Of a stretch of 64,000 nucleotides of DNA, positions 36,328 to 47,047 are shown in pieces. The notes below the pieces were generated by a model. It was not told where the DNA came from, did no database searches, and saw only the letters and a list, made by a program, of their open reading frames with translations. Each line of letters opens with the position of its first letter. Position 1 is the stretch's first letter. Origin of the DNA: Alkalispirochaeta sp. (GTDB lineage Bacteria; Spirochaetota; Spirochaetia; DSM-27196; Alkalispirochaetaceae); NCBI GenBank assembly GCA_965601925.1, contig OZ271854.1, forward strand, positions 1,536,001-1,600,000. The letters run 5' to 3'. The position numbers were made by a program, and so were the translations under genes.

Positions 36328-37449
36328 TCACCTGCGCTTTTTTCGTCGCGTCTTTTCTTTCCTGAGCCGTTTCAGCTCTCGTGCTTGAAACTCCTCTCCG
36401 AAGGGGATCCGTTTCGGATAGAACGTCTCCAACTCATCGCCCCGAATCTCCAAGCAACTGAGCCTCCCCCGCTTTTTATCCGAGATACGAGTGTCGATCA
36501 TGACGACCGTCTCTCCGTAGTAGGGGTGCGAGAGCATGATCTCTCCGGTTGCCGATGGGGAGTGACCGAGAATGAGACGCTTGACGCCGTACCGCCGTAG
36601 GAGACGATGCAGGTCGATCGCGTCGAGCGAGCGAGAGACCTCCTCCTCATCGTGCGGCCGTTTCGTTTTGAAGGAGGTGGTCCAAAGGGGACCGGCACTG
36701 GCGCTCTCCAACTCCACGTGGGGACCTACGGCAAGCCACTCGGTGTGCGGATCCGGCTGATCGTCGACACCCTGCCAGAATCGTATCCACGCGCGAATCG
36801 TCGCATTGATGCGCTTCGGGTGATACCGGAGGGCCCAACGGTTCAAACCGGCGTGGGCAAAGAGATTGCGCCCGATACGCACGAGTGCATTCCGTTCACG
36901 CAAAAACCGCGCGAACGAGGTATCTCCAATAAAGGCGGCTCGGGGCGAAGCCTTCAACGCGCCGGTGAGGGGAAACTCTCGAAAGAGTGTCTTACCGAGC
37001 CGTTTTTGATACCCCTTCGAGAAGACCCGCACGTCGTGGTTGCCGAGCACAGCGTGTACTCCCGCCCCATGGTTACGCGCGTCACCGCTGAGGCGAAGTA
37101 TGTAACGAAGGAGTACGCGCGCGTTCCTTCCACCGACGAGATCGCCGTTCAATACCACGTGCGTCCGGTCGCCGGACCAACGCCCCTTCTTGTCGATGAG
37201 GCGGCGCTCCCGGAGAATGCAAGCCAGACCGGCCAGGTCGCCGTGGATATCGCCGATGACGACGATTCGCGAGGGAACCGGTTTCACCGTCCACGGGATG
37301 CCGTCCCGCTCGAGCGATATGAGACGCCCCCCAACCCGTTCGCGTCTTTCGAACCAACCGATCACGTCGTATCTCTCTACATACCAGATTATACAACGGT
37401 GCGTGGAAAAAGCTTGTACAGAGCGCCTTGATGAAGTAAGAGCGCCCAT
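36328..37449 (-). CDS. Metallophosphoesterase (Shewanella-like phosphatase); true start likely downstream
   Basis: GDIHGD, GDLVG, LGNHD, HAG, GPLW, GHS, IDT. Confidence 0.8.
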   Translation of the reverse strand: MGALTSSRRSVQAFSTHRCIIWYVERYDVIGWFERRERVGGRLISLERDGIPWTVKPVPSRIVVIGDIHGDLAGLACILRERRLIDKKGRWSGDRTHVVLNGDLVGGRNARVLLRYILRLSGDARNHGAGVHAVLGNHDVRVFSKGYQKRLGKTLFREFPLTGALKASPRAAFIGDTSFARFLRERNALVRIGRNLFAHAGLNRWALRYHPKRINATIRAWIRFWQGVDDQPDPHTEWLAVGPHVELESASAGPLWTTSFKTKRPHDEEEVSRSLDAIDLHRLLRRYGVKRLILGHSPSATGEIMLSHPYYGETVVMIDTRISDKKRGRLSCLEIRGDELETFYPKRIPFGEEFQARELKRLRKEKTRRKKRR

Positions 37450-37463
37450 GAAGCCTCAAACGG

Positions 37464-38321
37464 CTAATGCGAACGCGTGATAATTCGTCGGAGATCGTCA
37501 GGCGAACCGTACTCGCCGACGAACCACTCGATGAGAGTCCGGGCAACGCTATAGCGCCCCGGTATCTCGTCGGGGATATCCTCGGGCGCGAACCACCCGA
37601 TCTCATCGATTTCGTCTCGATCGGGCCGCACCGTTCCACCCGCATATGCGGCGGTAAAGGCGACCATCAAAGAGTTGGGAAAGGGCCAAGGCTGGCTCGA
37701 AAAATACTCGACGTTGCTGAGGAGTACGCCGGACTCCTCAAATACTTCCCGACTCACGGCGTGTTCGAGCGTCTCTCCCACTTCGACAAATCCGGCGAGT
37801 ACGCTGAACATCCGTCCGGGGTGGCGTCGATTGTGCGCCAACAGAAGCGTTCCGTCCTTCACGACCGCCATGATCACCGCCGGCGCGATCTGCGGGTAGT
37901 AGCGACTATTGCACGCCGGGCAAACCTTGGCGATCTCCTCGTTATCGCGCTCGGTCGGTTCGCCGCACTGCCCGCAATAACGCGTCCTACGGTCCCAGTC
38001 GGCGATATGAAAGGCGCGATTCATGCCCCAGAAATCGTCCAACTCCAATAGATCGATCGCCTCGCGCCGGCTGACGACCTCGAGCGACGCCTCGTCATCC
38101 GATCGATCGCTCGTCGGCAAATCCTTTGTGACGTGAGAATCGAGAAACGAGCCGCTCACCGTCTCGCCGTCCCACGACGGCTCGATCGCCCCGTCAACCC
38201 CGAATCGCGCGAGGTCCTCTCGCGACGGGAGTGCGTAACGTCTGCGGCCCGCATCGTTTATTTCGGCGGGCAAGCGGTAGAGAACGACGGATTTCGAGTC
38301 GGGGAAGATCGCGAAGACCAT
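37464..38321 (-). CDS. nudC: NAD(H) diphosphatase
   Basis: CGQCG..CPAC zinc ribbon, Nudix box GFVEVGETLEHAVSREVFEESG, SQPWPFPNSLM. Confidence 0.95.
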   Translation of the reverse strand: MVFAIFPDSKSVVLYRLPAEINDAGRRRYALPSREDLARFGVDGAIEPSWDGETVSGSFLDSHVTKDLPTSDRSDDEASLEVVSRREAIDLLELDDFWGMNRAFHIADWDRRTRYCGQCGEPTERDNEEIAKVCPACNSRYYPQIAPAVIMAVVKDGTLLLAHNRRHPGRMFSVLAGFVEVGETLEHAVSREVFEESGVLLSNVEYFSSQPWPFPNSLMVAFTAAYAGGTVRPDRDEIDEIGWFAPEDIPDEIPGRYSVARTLIEWFVGEYGSPDDLRRIITRSH

Positions 38322-39133
38322 CAGCGCACGGAGACGTTCCGGAGTATCCGGTCGAGCAGCCCGGGCGCGAAACGCGACAGAAAAAGCATTACCTTCAGTC
38401 GCGCCGTCATACCGGTTGTGATACGCGTTCGACGCCGACAGAGGCCGCGTACAATATCGCGCGCCGCCCGGTCCGACGAGATACCGTTCGCTTGATTGGG
38501 ATCCATCGCGGAGTTTGCCGATCCATCCTCCGTAAGAGCGTTCAACGACACGGCGGTTCTGACAAAACCGGGAATGACGACGCTCACGAGAACACCGCTA
38601 TCGGCAAGCTCGTTGGCGAGGGTACCGAAAAACGCGAGCTGAGACGCTTTGGCGGCGTTGTATCCGCTGCGAAGCGGTACCGGAACGAGGCCAGCAACGC
38701 TCGATACCGCCACGATGCAGCCGCTTCGCGCGGTAAGCATCGCCGGCAACACGGCCTTGGTAAACTCCACCGCGGCGAGATAGTCGACCTCCATGAGCGT
38801 TCGATCAATGGAAACCGCGGTCTGCGCCGCGTATCCGCGCTGACTCACTCCGGCGTTGTTTATCAATACGTCCGGCGTCAACTCGCCGCGACGAATCATG
38901 CGGACAACTCCATCACGCTCGTTCGCGTTCGCCATATCGAAGGCCACGGTCTCGACGACGGCTCCCGCGGCCCGACAGTCTTCGGCCACCTCACCGAGCC
39001 GCTCACGAGAGCGCCCGGAAAGATAGAGGACTCGCCCCGGTGTCGCGATGAGTCGGGCGAGCGCCGCGCCGATTCCCGAACTCGCGCCGGTGATCCAGTA
39101 GGACCGCCAGGGCAATACATCGCGTTTCGCCAC
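38321..39133 (-). CDS. Short-chain dehydrogenase/reductase
   Basis: WITGASSGIG, NNAGVSQR, YNAAK, PGFVRT. Confidence 0.92.
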   Translation of the reverse strand: MAKRDVLPWRSYWITGASSGIGAALARLIATPGRVLYLSGRSRERLGEVAEDCRAAGAVVETVAFDMANANERDGVVRMIRRGELTPDVLINNAGVSQRGYAAQTAVSIDRTLMEVDYLAAVEFTKAVLPAMLTARSGCIVAVSSVAGLVPVPLRSGYNAAKASQLAFFGTLANELADSGVLVSVVIPGFVRTAVSLNALTEDGSANSAMDPNQANGISSDRAARDIVRGLCRRRTRITTGMTARLKVMLFLSRFAPGLLDRILRNVSVR

Positions 39134-39137
39134 TCCG

Positions 39138-39677
39138 TCAGTCCGTATCGCCGGCCCCGAAGACCAGCCGCAACACGATGCGAACGATGAGAAACACCGC
39201 GAGCGCCGCGACACCGACGCCTACGAGTTCGGGACCCGGCACGAACGAGAGGCCGGAAAAGAGTAAGAACCCCCCCGCCGCCCAGCCGGCGATCCACGAC
39301 AGAAGTAATACAAACGGACTGCGGACCGAACGAATTTTGGAGAAATCGACCGCTCGTTTTACGACGAGCAGCGTAAAGAGCCAACTACCGACGAAGGCGC
39401 CGAGCGGCACGATAGGCACAGCGGCATCGTCGATCACTCCCCCGTCGAGAATGTGCAGCACCACCAGAGCCCCGGCTGCAGAGACCAAAAAAGTGGTGAG
39501 GTGAATAACGAGCGCGTAGATATGCCGCCATGGTGCGCGTCGCCCATCGTAGACACCGTGGATGAAACTAACGGCAAATATCGCGAACGGAAGCGCGATA
39601 AGTGCGGGTATGACAATCTGCCGATGCGACGACAGGAAGACAAACATGGCTTCTTTGGTCATGATGACATTTATCAT
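39138..39677 (-). CDS. Hypothetical membrane protein
   Basis: About five hydrophobic segments; start uncertain. Confidence 0.7.
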   Translation of the reverse strand: MINVIMTKEAMFVFLSSHRQIVIPALIALPFAIFAVSFIHGVYDGRRAPWRHIYALVIHLTTFLVSAAGALVVLHILDGGVIDDAAVPIVPLGAFVGSWLFTLLVVKRAVDFSKIRSVRSPFVLLLSWIAGWAAGGFLLFSGLSFVPGPELVGVGVAALAVFLIVRIVLRLVFGAGDTD

Positions 39678-39708
39678 TGTATAACGAGAGGGAGAGGGCA
39701 AGCAACGA

Positions 39709-40653
39709 GTGAACGCACAGACTCTCGGCCAAGTGGCGGCATTGGGAACGGCGATCTGTTGGGCCGTCACGAGCCTCTCGTTCGAGGCGGCCGGACGACG
39801 CGTGGGTTCGCTTTCGGTGAACATCATTCGACTGTTCTTCGCCCTTCTGATGTTCGCTGTGTACGGCCTTGCGGTTCACGGCGCACCGTTTCCGGTGGAC
39901 GCCGGAAGGCACGTGTGGATATGGCTCTCCCTCTCGGGTCTCGTCGGCTTCGTGATGGGCGATCTGTTTCTCTTTCAGGCCTTCGTGGATGTCGGGGCGC
40001 GCACCGCGATGCTCATCTACTCACTGGTGCCGCCGATGACGGCCGTCGTCGGTCGGTTGGTCCTCGACGAGCGCCTTACGCCCATGCAACTCCTCGCGAT
40101 GGGACTTACCGTGTGCGGTGTCGTGATCGTCACGACGAGACGCACGTCGGAGGACGGCGGAGCGGCGGCGGCCGCGTACTCCGAGGGTAGGCCCCACGAG
40201 GTCAAGACGGCGAGTCGTCCCCACGTAGTGCGCGGGATCTGGTTCGCGATACTTGGTGCACTCGGTCAAGCACTCGGCCTCGTCTTGAGCCGTTACGGTG
40301 CACCGGAGTACGATCCGTTCGCCGCGACACAGATTCGCACCCTGGTTGGGCTCGCCGGGTTCTCCGTACTGTTCCTCGTTACGCACCGTTGGGGGTCGGT
40401 CGCCTCGGCGCTGCGCGATGTTCGTGCAATGCGACACATCGCACGCGGCTCCTTGTTCGGGCCCTTTCTGGGGGTTTCGTTGGGACTGGCGGCCGCCCAG
40501 CGCGCCGGAACGGGTATCGCGTCGACGATTATCGCGACCGTCCCGGTCATCCTCATTCCCGTATCGGTCTTCGTCTTCAAAGAGCGGATATCGGCCCGAG
40601 AAGTGGTCGGTGCGTGCCTGGCGGTGGGAGGCGTCGCGCTCTTCTTTCGATAA
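39709..40653 (+). CDS. DMT/EamA family transporter
   Basis: Two EamA repeats, SGLVGFVMGD, FKERIS. Confidence 0.9.
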   Translation: MNAQTLGQVAALGTAICWAVTSLSFEAAGRRVGSLSVNIIRLFFALLMFAVYGLAVHGAPFPVDAGRHVWIWLSLSGLVGFVMGDLFLFQAFVDVGARTAMLIYSLVPPMTAVVGRLVLDERLTPMQLLAMGLTVCGVVIVTTRRTSEDGGAAAAAYSEGRPHEVKTASRPHVVRGIWFAILGALGQALGLVLSRYGAPEYDPFAATQIRTLVGLAGFSVLFLVTHRWGSVASALRDVRAMRHIARGSLFGPFLGVSLGLAAAQRAGTGIASTIIATVPVILIPVSVFVFKERISAREVVGACLAVGGVALFFR

Positions 40654-40666
40654 GTGGGGGCGAGTG

Positions 40667-41398
40667 TTATTCCACGCTCGTTCCCTGCGACTCGCTTAGG
40701 CGTGTCGTCTCGAGCGCCAACTCGACCATCTCGTGAAAGCTCGTCTGCCGTTCCTCGCTGGTAAGCTCCTCGCCGGTGACTAAGCTGTCGCTCACGGTGA
40801 GAATCGTCAATGCATCAACCCCATATTTGGCCGCCAGGGTGTAAAGTTGGTTCGTCTCCATCTCGACCGCCAGCACGCCGAACTCGGCCCAGAGCTTCCA
40901 AACGTCCGGATCGTCTTGATAAAACGTATCGCTCGACAGAACTCCTCCGGCGTGGGGAGCGAGGCCCTGTTCCTCGGCGACGGTCATCGCGCGGCGAAAG
41001 AGGTTCCAACTCGCGGTGGGCGCGTAATCCATCCCGCGAAAGCGCAGCCGATTCATTGCACTGTCGGTCGAGGCGGTCATCGCAAGAACCACGTCTCGGA
41101 CCGCGACCTCCGCCTGGATCGAACCGCACGAACCGATTCGAATGAGGCGCTCGGCGCCGTACGAGTTGATGAGTTCATTCACGTATATCGCAAGGCTCGG
41201 CATCCCCATTCCCGATCCCTGGACCGAAACGCGCGTGCCCTTCCAAGTTCCGGTAAACCCGAGCATACCGCGCACCTCATTGTAGATTTCCACGTCGGTA
41301 AGATAGTTTTCGGCGACAAACTGCGCGCGCAAGGGATCTCCGGGCAATAATACCGTCGATGCAACGGCCCGATCGTCGGCTCCGATATGTACGCTCAT
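40667..41398 (-). CDS. deoD: Purine-nucleoside phosphorylase
   Basis: [30 protein letters not shown]. Confidence 0.96.
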   Translation of the reverse strand: MSVHIGADDRAVASTVLLPGDPLRAQFVAENYLTDVEIYNEVRGMLGFTGTWKGTRVSVQGSGMGMPSLAIYVNELINSYGAERLIRIGSCGSIQAEVAVRDVVLAMTASTDSAMNRLRFRGMDYAPTASWNLFRRAMTVAEEQGLAPHAGGVLSSDTFYQDDPDVWKLWAEFGVLAVEMETNQLYTLAAKYGVDALTILTVSDSLVTGEELTSEERQTSFHEMVELALETTRLSESQGTSVE

Positions 41399-41477
41399 CG
41401 TTCCTCCTCTGTCGGTTCCGAGGCGGTGGTCCGCTCGGATGATGGTATCACACGCCGTCGACGCCGCACCGCCGGAC

Positions 41478-42485
41478 TCATCCGACGGCGTCGCGCAACC
41501 GCCGGCGAAGATCTCCAAGCTCAGCGGACCGGTCGGGGTGCGCTCGTTCCGTGCGGTCCACCGCCGCGTCGAGACCCTCCGCGGTATAGCGGTTGCCGGG
41601 TAACGACGTCTGCAGAGTCTCGATCATATCGCCCGCCGCGGCGTCGGAGAAGACGCGAGCGCTGATGATCACTCCGCGATGGACATCCAGGTGAATATCG
41701 ACTCCTCCCCAATCGAAGCGCGTCTCGACGTGGTGCGAGAAATCGGGGGTGTTGCCGAAACGCCACTCCCAGTCCGCCATCTTCTCGTAATACGCCGCGA
41801 GCGAGGGAATCCGGGCGAGAGCATCGGCGTCGAGGGTCTCCGGCTCACATCGCGTCCGGTAGTGCTCGAAAAAGCTCTCCATAATCGCCTCGCACACCAT
41901 CTTATGGGTGAGTTCCGGCACGAACTCCGTGAGATTGGCGACTCGCGAGCGGACCGACTTGATGCCCTTGCCGACCAGCTTCTTTTTGTAGGGTGCCAGA
42001 TAATCTCGCAGTCGCCCGAGGTCGGCGTGTACGAGAAGGGTTCCGTGGTGAAAACTCCGCTCCTTGGTATGCTTGAACGCATTTCCCGAAACCTTACGTC
42101 CCCCGACCAGTATGTCGTTGCGCCCGGATCGCTCGGCGCGAACACCGAACCGCGCGAGGGCGGCGATAACGATCTCGAAGTTCGAATCCTGACTATAGGT
42201 GCTACTCGGTGAAAGGAAGGTGAAGTTGGTATTTCCCAGATCGTGAAAAACCGCACCGCCGCCGCTCTGACGGCGTGCAAGCGTCACATGATCCTCTTCC
42301 ATCTTATCGACTTTGCACTCTACCCACGGATTTTGGTGACGGCCGATGACGACGGTATCGGTGTTGCGCCATAGAAAGAGCGTATGTGTGTCGGGATCGA
42401 GCTCTCGAAATATCCAATCCTCGATCGCAAGGTTGAACCACGGATCGGTTGTATCCGATATCAGGACACGAACGCGCCTTGCCAT
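41478..42485 (-). CDS. lplA: Lipoate-protein ligase A
   Basis: [44 protein letters not shown]. Confidence 0.95.
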   Translation of the reverse strand: MARRVRVLISDTTDPWFNLAIEDWIFRELDPDTHTLFLWRNTDTVVIGRHQNPWVECKVDKMEEDHVTLARRQSGGGAVFHDLGNTNFTFLSPSSTYSQDSNFEIVIAALARFGVRAERSGRNDILVGGRKVSGNAFKHTKERSFHHGTLLVHADLGRLRDYLAPYKKKLVGKGIKSVRSRVANLTEFVPELTHKMVCEAIMESFFEHYRTRCEPETLDADALARIPSLAAYYEKMADWEWRFGNTPDFSHHVETRFDWGGVDIHLDVHRGVIISARVFSDAAAGDMIETLQTSLPGNRYTAEGLDAAVDRTERAHPDRSAELGDLRRRLRDAVG

Positions 42486-42574
42486 ATATGATCGCCAGTA
42501 TGAAACGCGAGGGGAATCGAAGCAAGGTGTCACGGGGGGGCGGGGCGAGGTCAACCAAGCCGCCGCAGAACGCC

Positions 42575-43120
42575 GTGAAACTGATTGCACTCCTCGGAAA
42601 TCCCGGCCGGCGGTACGCACGGACGCGGCACAACGTGGGCTGGATGGTCTCCGACGAGCTGACGTCTCATTCCGCATCCGCGTGGAAGGAGAAGTTCCAC
42701 GGCGTGTTTCTTAAGCGCGGCGAGACGACGCTCCTCAAACCACACACGTTCATGAATCGCAGCGGCCACAGTGTACAGTCGGCGCTCTCCTTCTTCGGCC
42801 TGGAGCTCACCGAGCTGATTGTCGTCCACGACGATCTCGAGACTCCGTTCGGTTCGATAGAGCTTACCTGGGACGGCGGCCATCGAGGAAACAACGGTGT
42901 ACGGTCGATCATGACGCAGTTGGGAGACTCGGCGTTCTGGCGGCTCAGAGTCGGCGTGGGTAGGCCGCCGGCGGGGCGCAAACCGGGCGACTGGCTCCTG
43001 GAGCGCTTCTCGCCGGAAGAGGAGGCACACCTTCCGTCGATCGTTGCCGCCGCCGCGGCGATGATCGGCGAATACACGGATACCCCACGCGTCGTTCTGC
43101 GTCACATTCCCTCGATCTGA
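42575..43120 (+). CDS. pth: Peptidyl-tRNA hydrolase
   Basis: LGNPGRRYARTRHNVG, FMNRSG, VHDDLE, RLRVGVGRP; start GTG 42575 or ATG 42500. Confidence 0.92.
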   Translation: MKLIALLGNPGRRYARTRHNVGWMVSDELTSHSASAWKEKFHGVFLKRGETTLLKPHTFMNRSGHSVQSALSFFGLELTELIVVHDDLETPFGSIELTWDGGHRGNNGVRSIMTQLGDSAFWRLRVGVGRPPAGRKPGDWLLERFSPEEEAHLPSIVAAAAAMIGEYTDTPRVVLRHIPSI

Positions 43121-43180
43121 CGCAAAACCGCATCACTCGGCACAATACGGTGGGGGTTCCAGGAGCCCCGATATGACGGT

Positions 43181-44758
43181 ATGATTGCCGCCGCGAGGTC
43201 ATCGGTGAAACGTTGTAACAATGTACTCTTTATCCAACGCGCCGTACGCGGGCTTATCGCGGCGCTCTGTCTGTTCGCACTACCCGTCGTCTCGACTCAT
43301 GCGCAAGCGGCCGATGCCGCCGAGGAGCAGCGTGAGCAACCGACGGCATCGAGCTACCGAATCGAGGCGGTCGACTACGTCATAGACGGTCGAACGCGGC
43401 AGTGGATCCTTCGGGATCTCCTTGATCTCGATATCGGCCTCGAGTTTGCATCGCGCGAGGCGCTGGAAGCGCACCTCATACGACAGCAACAGATTCTCAT
43501 CAACCAGCGTGCGCTTCAGGAAGCGAGCGTTGACTATACGCTCGGAGAGCCGGATGAAGGAGCGGTCGTACCGGTTTCGGTGGCGGTCACGACGGAAGAC
43601 ACGTGGAACCTCATCGTGCTTCCCTACTTTCGATACGACTCCAATACCGGGCTCCTCCTCAGTGTCCGCGGACGTGACTACAACCTCTTCGGAACGTTAC
43701 AGGAGCTCGAGATCGACTTCGACTACGAGCGCACGGACGATGAAGAGGACCTTTTTACCGTCGCATTCAACTTCAGCCTCCCCTTTAATCTGTTTGAGCA
43801 ACGATGGCGCCTCATCGTAGATCAGCGGCTTGAGATCGAGGACGGCGATCTCGATTTCGAGTTTTCCACCGGACTCGGTTACGCATTCGACTGGGTCGGT
43901 CTGGGGTGGGAAGCGGTCTATACGCAGTCGTACAATTATCTCACCAACGACGACGAGGGAGACGACTACTATTTCACCAGCCGTCTCGCCCTCGAAACGT
44001 CCGTCGATACGCCGGTCCATGTGCCCGGTTTCGGGGTGCTCCAATACAGGCCCGGAGTCTATACCCAAACGCGCTACCGCCCGGGCGGCATCAGCGAAGA
44101 ACGGGAGGGCGTATCGGTCGGTTTCGACCACAGGCTGGACGCCGGCGGGTTTGATTGGATCGGAAACTATCGCAGGGGCCAGTCCGTTCGACTCGGTAAC
44201 GACAACGAGTACAATATCACCACCGACGAGTGGGACACGGAAGTCAACTTCCGCCTGTCTGCGTATCGCTCGCTGTGGCAGCCGAGTCCCGACGTGTGGC
44301 CCAAGGCCGGCGTAAGCGCGTCGATCAGCAGTTTCTATCTGATCGACGGTGCCGACGACGACCCGGACGATCCGGACGACGACCAGGAGGATGCGGCAAG
44401 AGACGCACGCGGCGTGGCCGACGACTCGATGAACGGCGATTTGGGCGTCTTCCTCAACCTCGACGCAGTCGTAACGGTCTGGACGTTGGAGCCGATCTTC
44501 GAGGCGCAATTCGGCGTCTTCTTCGATGTCGCATACGTGCGTGACACGAGAGGCGATTTCTACGAATCATCATCGTTCGATGCCGAACGTGACCTCAAAT
44601 ACGGCGCCGGTATCGAGATTATCGGTTTCCCGCTGTTCGCGCGGAGTCTATACATTCGGGGATCTCTCGGATTCGATCTGCGACGAGTTGCCGAAGGCGA
44701 GGATCCGCTCGATAGCGAGGTGAGGGAGATCTTTATCGGTCTCGGACACCACTACTAA
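43181..44758 (+). CDS. Putative outer-membrane protein (POTRA-like N-terminus, beta-barrel)
   Basis: Signal peptide, EDTWNLIVLPYFRYDSN, C-terminal IFIGLGHHY. Confidence 0.7.
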   Translation: MIAAARSSVKRCNNVLFIQRAVRGLIAALCLFALPVVSTHAQAADAAEEQREQPTASSYRIEAVDYVIDGRTRQWILRDLLDLDIGLEFASREALEAHLIRQQQILINQRALQEASVDYTLGEPDEGAVVPVSVAVTTEDTWNLIVLPYFRYDSNTGLLLSVRGRDYNLFGTLQELEIDFDYERTDDEEDLFTVAFNFSLPFNLFEQRWRLIVDQRLEIEDGDLDFEFSTGLGYAFDWVGLGWEAVYTQSYNYLTNDDEGDDYYFTSRLALETSVDTPVHVPGFGVLQYRPGVYTQTRYRPGGISEEREGVSVGFDHRLDAGGFDWIGNYRRGQSVRLGNDNEYNITTDEWDTEVNFRLSAYRSLWQPSPDVWPKAGVSASISSFYLIDGADDDPDDPDDDQEDAARDARGVADDSMNGDLGVFLNLDAVVTVWTLEPIFEAQFGVFFDVAYVRDTRGDFYESSSFDAERDLKYGAGIEIIGFPLFARSLYIRGSLGFDLRRVAEGEDPLDSEVREIFIGLGHHY

Positions 44759-44895
44759 CGGTCGGGATGGGGAACACGACGCGGGGCCGAGATTCACGCC
44801 GCGTGCGCAAAGAACGAGTTCTCCAGAGTCCTGTACGACGGTGTACCGCCGTTCTGTGTGATGCACAGCGGATTCTTCCACTCCGATAGCCGACG

Positions 44896-45819
44896 TCACA
44901 ACCGGTAGGAGTCGAGCCCCAGATTCCGGCAAATCGTCATCGTCGCGTGGCTATTGTTGAGAGTATACAGATGAACGCCCGGAACCGCGGCGTTGAGTAG
45001 TTCCGCGACTTGCGCGGTAGCCCAGTGCGTACCGACTCGGCGCACACCGTCGTCGTCGCGGGCCCGAGATATCGCCCGTAGAAGCGGCGCGGGAAAGCGC
45101 GAACCGGCGGCAAGTTCGGCCATGCGGCGCATACCGGCTCTACTGGTAACGGGCATCACTCCGGGTACTACCGGCACGGTTATGTCGGCGAGTCGCAATC
45201 GGTCGACGTAGTCGAAGTAGTCCCGATTGTCGAAGAACAGTTGCGTCACGATATAATCTGCACCGGCCTCAACCTTACGCTTCAAGAGCTCGATTTCGGT
45301 GAGACGATTGGGTGTCGCCGGATGCCCCTCGGGAAATCCCGCCACACCGATGGAGAAATGGGGGTAACGTCGGCGGATGTAGGCGATGAGATCCTCTGCA
45401 TAGGGGAAGTCGGGGCTTCCCTGTCCATCGGGCCCCAATCGATCGCGCATCGTCTCCTTCAGCGCGGGATCGGCCGGCGTATCGCCTCGCAGCGCGAGAA
45501 TATTGTGCACGCCTGCCGAATCGTACTCGGCGAGTATGGCGTCGATTTCACCGCGCATCGATCCGACGCACGTAAGGTGCGCTACGACCGTCAAGCCGAA
45601 TTCGGCTTGAATGCGCGTCACCAAACGGTGTGTCTGCGTGCGCGTAGAACCGCCGGCGCCGTAGGTCACGCTGACGTACGCCGGCTCCAAAGGAAGCAGA
45701 TCTTCCCCGATGGTCCGAAAGAGCGTATCCCATCCCTTCGGCGTCTTGGGCGGAAAGAACTCGAAGCTGAAGATCGTCTCCCCATTTGAAAGGAGATCGA
45801 CGACTCGCTTCACGGTCAT
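44896..45819 (-). CDS. metF: Methylenetetrahydrofolate reductase
   Basis: SFEFFPPKT, SVTYGAGG, ALRGD, TQLFFD, HLYTLN. Confidence 0.96.
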   Translation of the reverse strand: MTVKRVVDLLSNGETIFSFEFFPPKTPKGWDTLFRTIGEDLLPLEPAYVSVTYGAGGSTRTQTHRLVTRIQAEFGLTVVAHLTCVGSMRGEIDAILAEYDSAGVHNILALRGDTPADPALKETMRDRLGPDGQGSPDFPYAEDLIAYIRRRYPHFSIGVAGFPEGHPATPNRLTEIELLKRKVEAGADYIVTQLFFDNRDYFDYVDRLRLADITVPVVPGVMPVTSRAGMRRMAELAAGSRFPAPLLRAISRARDDDGVRRVGTHWATAQVAELLNAAVPGVHLYTLNNSHATMTICRNLGLDSYRL

Positions 45820-45867
45820 CGGACACGTCCGCTCGCTCCTCCGCCCGGGGGCGGAGGCGACACGCGA

Positions 45868-47037
45868 TTAGCCAACGGCGCTCTGAAGAGCTTTCACTCG
45901 ATCGACCTTTTCCCAGGAGAACTCATCGCGACCGAAGTGGCCGTAGGCGGCGGTGGCGTTGTATATGGGTCGCAGCAGGTCGAGCGCCTCAACGATACCG
46001 TGGGGCGTCAAATCGAACGTCTTCTCGACCCCTTGTGCAATATGGGCTTCGGGGACCGTACCGGTACCGAAGGTGTCGACCATGACGCTCACCGGGAACG
46101 GAACACCGATTGCGTAGGCGAGCTGCACCTCCGCGCGTTCGGCGAGGCCGGCGGCAACGATATGCTTGGCGACGTAGCGCGCCATGTAGGCGGCGCTCCG
46201 GTCTACCTTGCTGGGGTCCTTCCCGCTAAAGGCGCCGCCGCCGTGGCGACCGATGCCGCCGTACGTATCGACGATGATCTTGCGACCCGTAAGCCCGCTA
46301 TCTCCGTGGGGCCCGCCGATGACGAATCGTCCGGTAGGATTGATAAAGAAGCGGGTTTTCCCGTCGAGTAATCCCGTCGGTTCCAGGACGGGGCGGATAA
46401 TCTTCTCGATTATCGTCTCGCGAATCTTGTCGTGGGCCACATCGGGATCGTGCTGGTGGCTGATAACGACCGAGTCGATCCGCTGCGGTTTGTATCCCTC
46501 GTACTCGATGGTCACTTGGCTCTTTGAATCGGGGCGCAGCCAGCTGATGTCGCCGTGCTTGCGTAGTTTGGCGGCGTACCGGAGAAGCCCGTGCGCATAG
46601 GTTATCGATGCCGGCATCAACTCCGGAGTCTCGTTACACGCAAATCCGAACATCATCCCCTGGTCGCCCGCGCCTTGCTGTCCCTCGTACTCCTTGAGCC
46701 CCGCACCGCTCACTCCCTGCGAAATGTCGGCGCTCTGGGCGTGAATCGTGCTCATCACGCTCATCGACTCGTAGTCGAGGCCGTAGGACGGGTCGTCGTA
46801 CCCGACCCGCTTGGCAACTCCGCGGGCGATCTCCTGTACATCGACATAGGTCTTGGTCGTTATCTCTCCGCCGACGAGCACCATACCGGTTGTCGTAAAA
46901 GTTTCGCACGCTACACGGCTCGCGGGATCATCCTGAAGACACGCATCGAGAACCGCATCGCTGATCTGATCGGCGAGCTTGTCCGGGTGACCCTCACTCA
47001 CCGACTCGGAAGTGAAGAGATATCTGGAATTATTCAT
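45868..47037 (-). CDS. metK: S-adenosylmethionine synthetase
   Basis: [35 protein letters not shown]. Confidence 0.98.
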   Translation of the reverse strand: MNNSRYLFTSESVSEGHPDKLADQISDAVLDACLQDDPASRVACETFTTTGMVLVGGEITTKTYVDVQEIARGVAKRVGYDDPSYGLDYESMSVMSTIHAQSADISQGVSGAGLKEYEGQQGAGDQGMMFGFACNETPELMPASITYAHGLLRYAAKLRKHGDISWLRPDSKSQVTIEYEGYKPQRIDSVVISHQHDPDVAHDKIRETIIEKIIRPVLEPTGLLDGKTRFFINPTGRFVIGGPHGDSGLTGRKIIVDTYGGIGRHGGGAFSGKDPSKVDRSAAYMARYVAKHIVAAGLAERAEVQLAYAIGVPFPVSVMVDTFGTGTVPEAHIAQGVEKTFDLTPHGIVEALDLLRPIYNATAAYGHFGRDEFSWEKVDRVKALQSAVG

Positions 47038-47047
47038 ATACGACCCC

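Noticed and set aside
42875..42900. Pth motif GHRGNNG instead of GGHNG
   Set aside because: Key residues (GNPG Asn, RHN His, HDD Asp, second Asn) are retained; likely ordinary variation
44350..44395. gacgac-rich microrepeat
   Set aside because: Encodes an acidic loop (DDDPDDPDDDQED) within the outer-membrane protein
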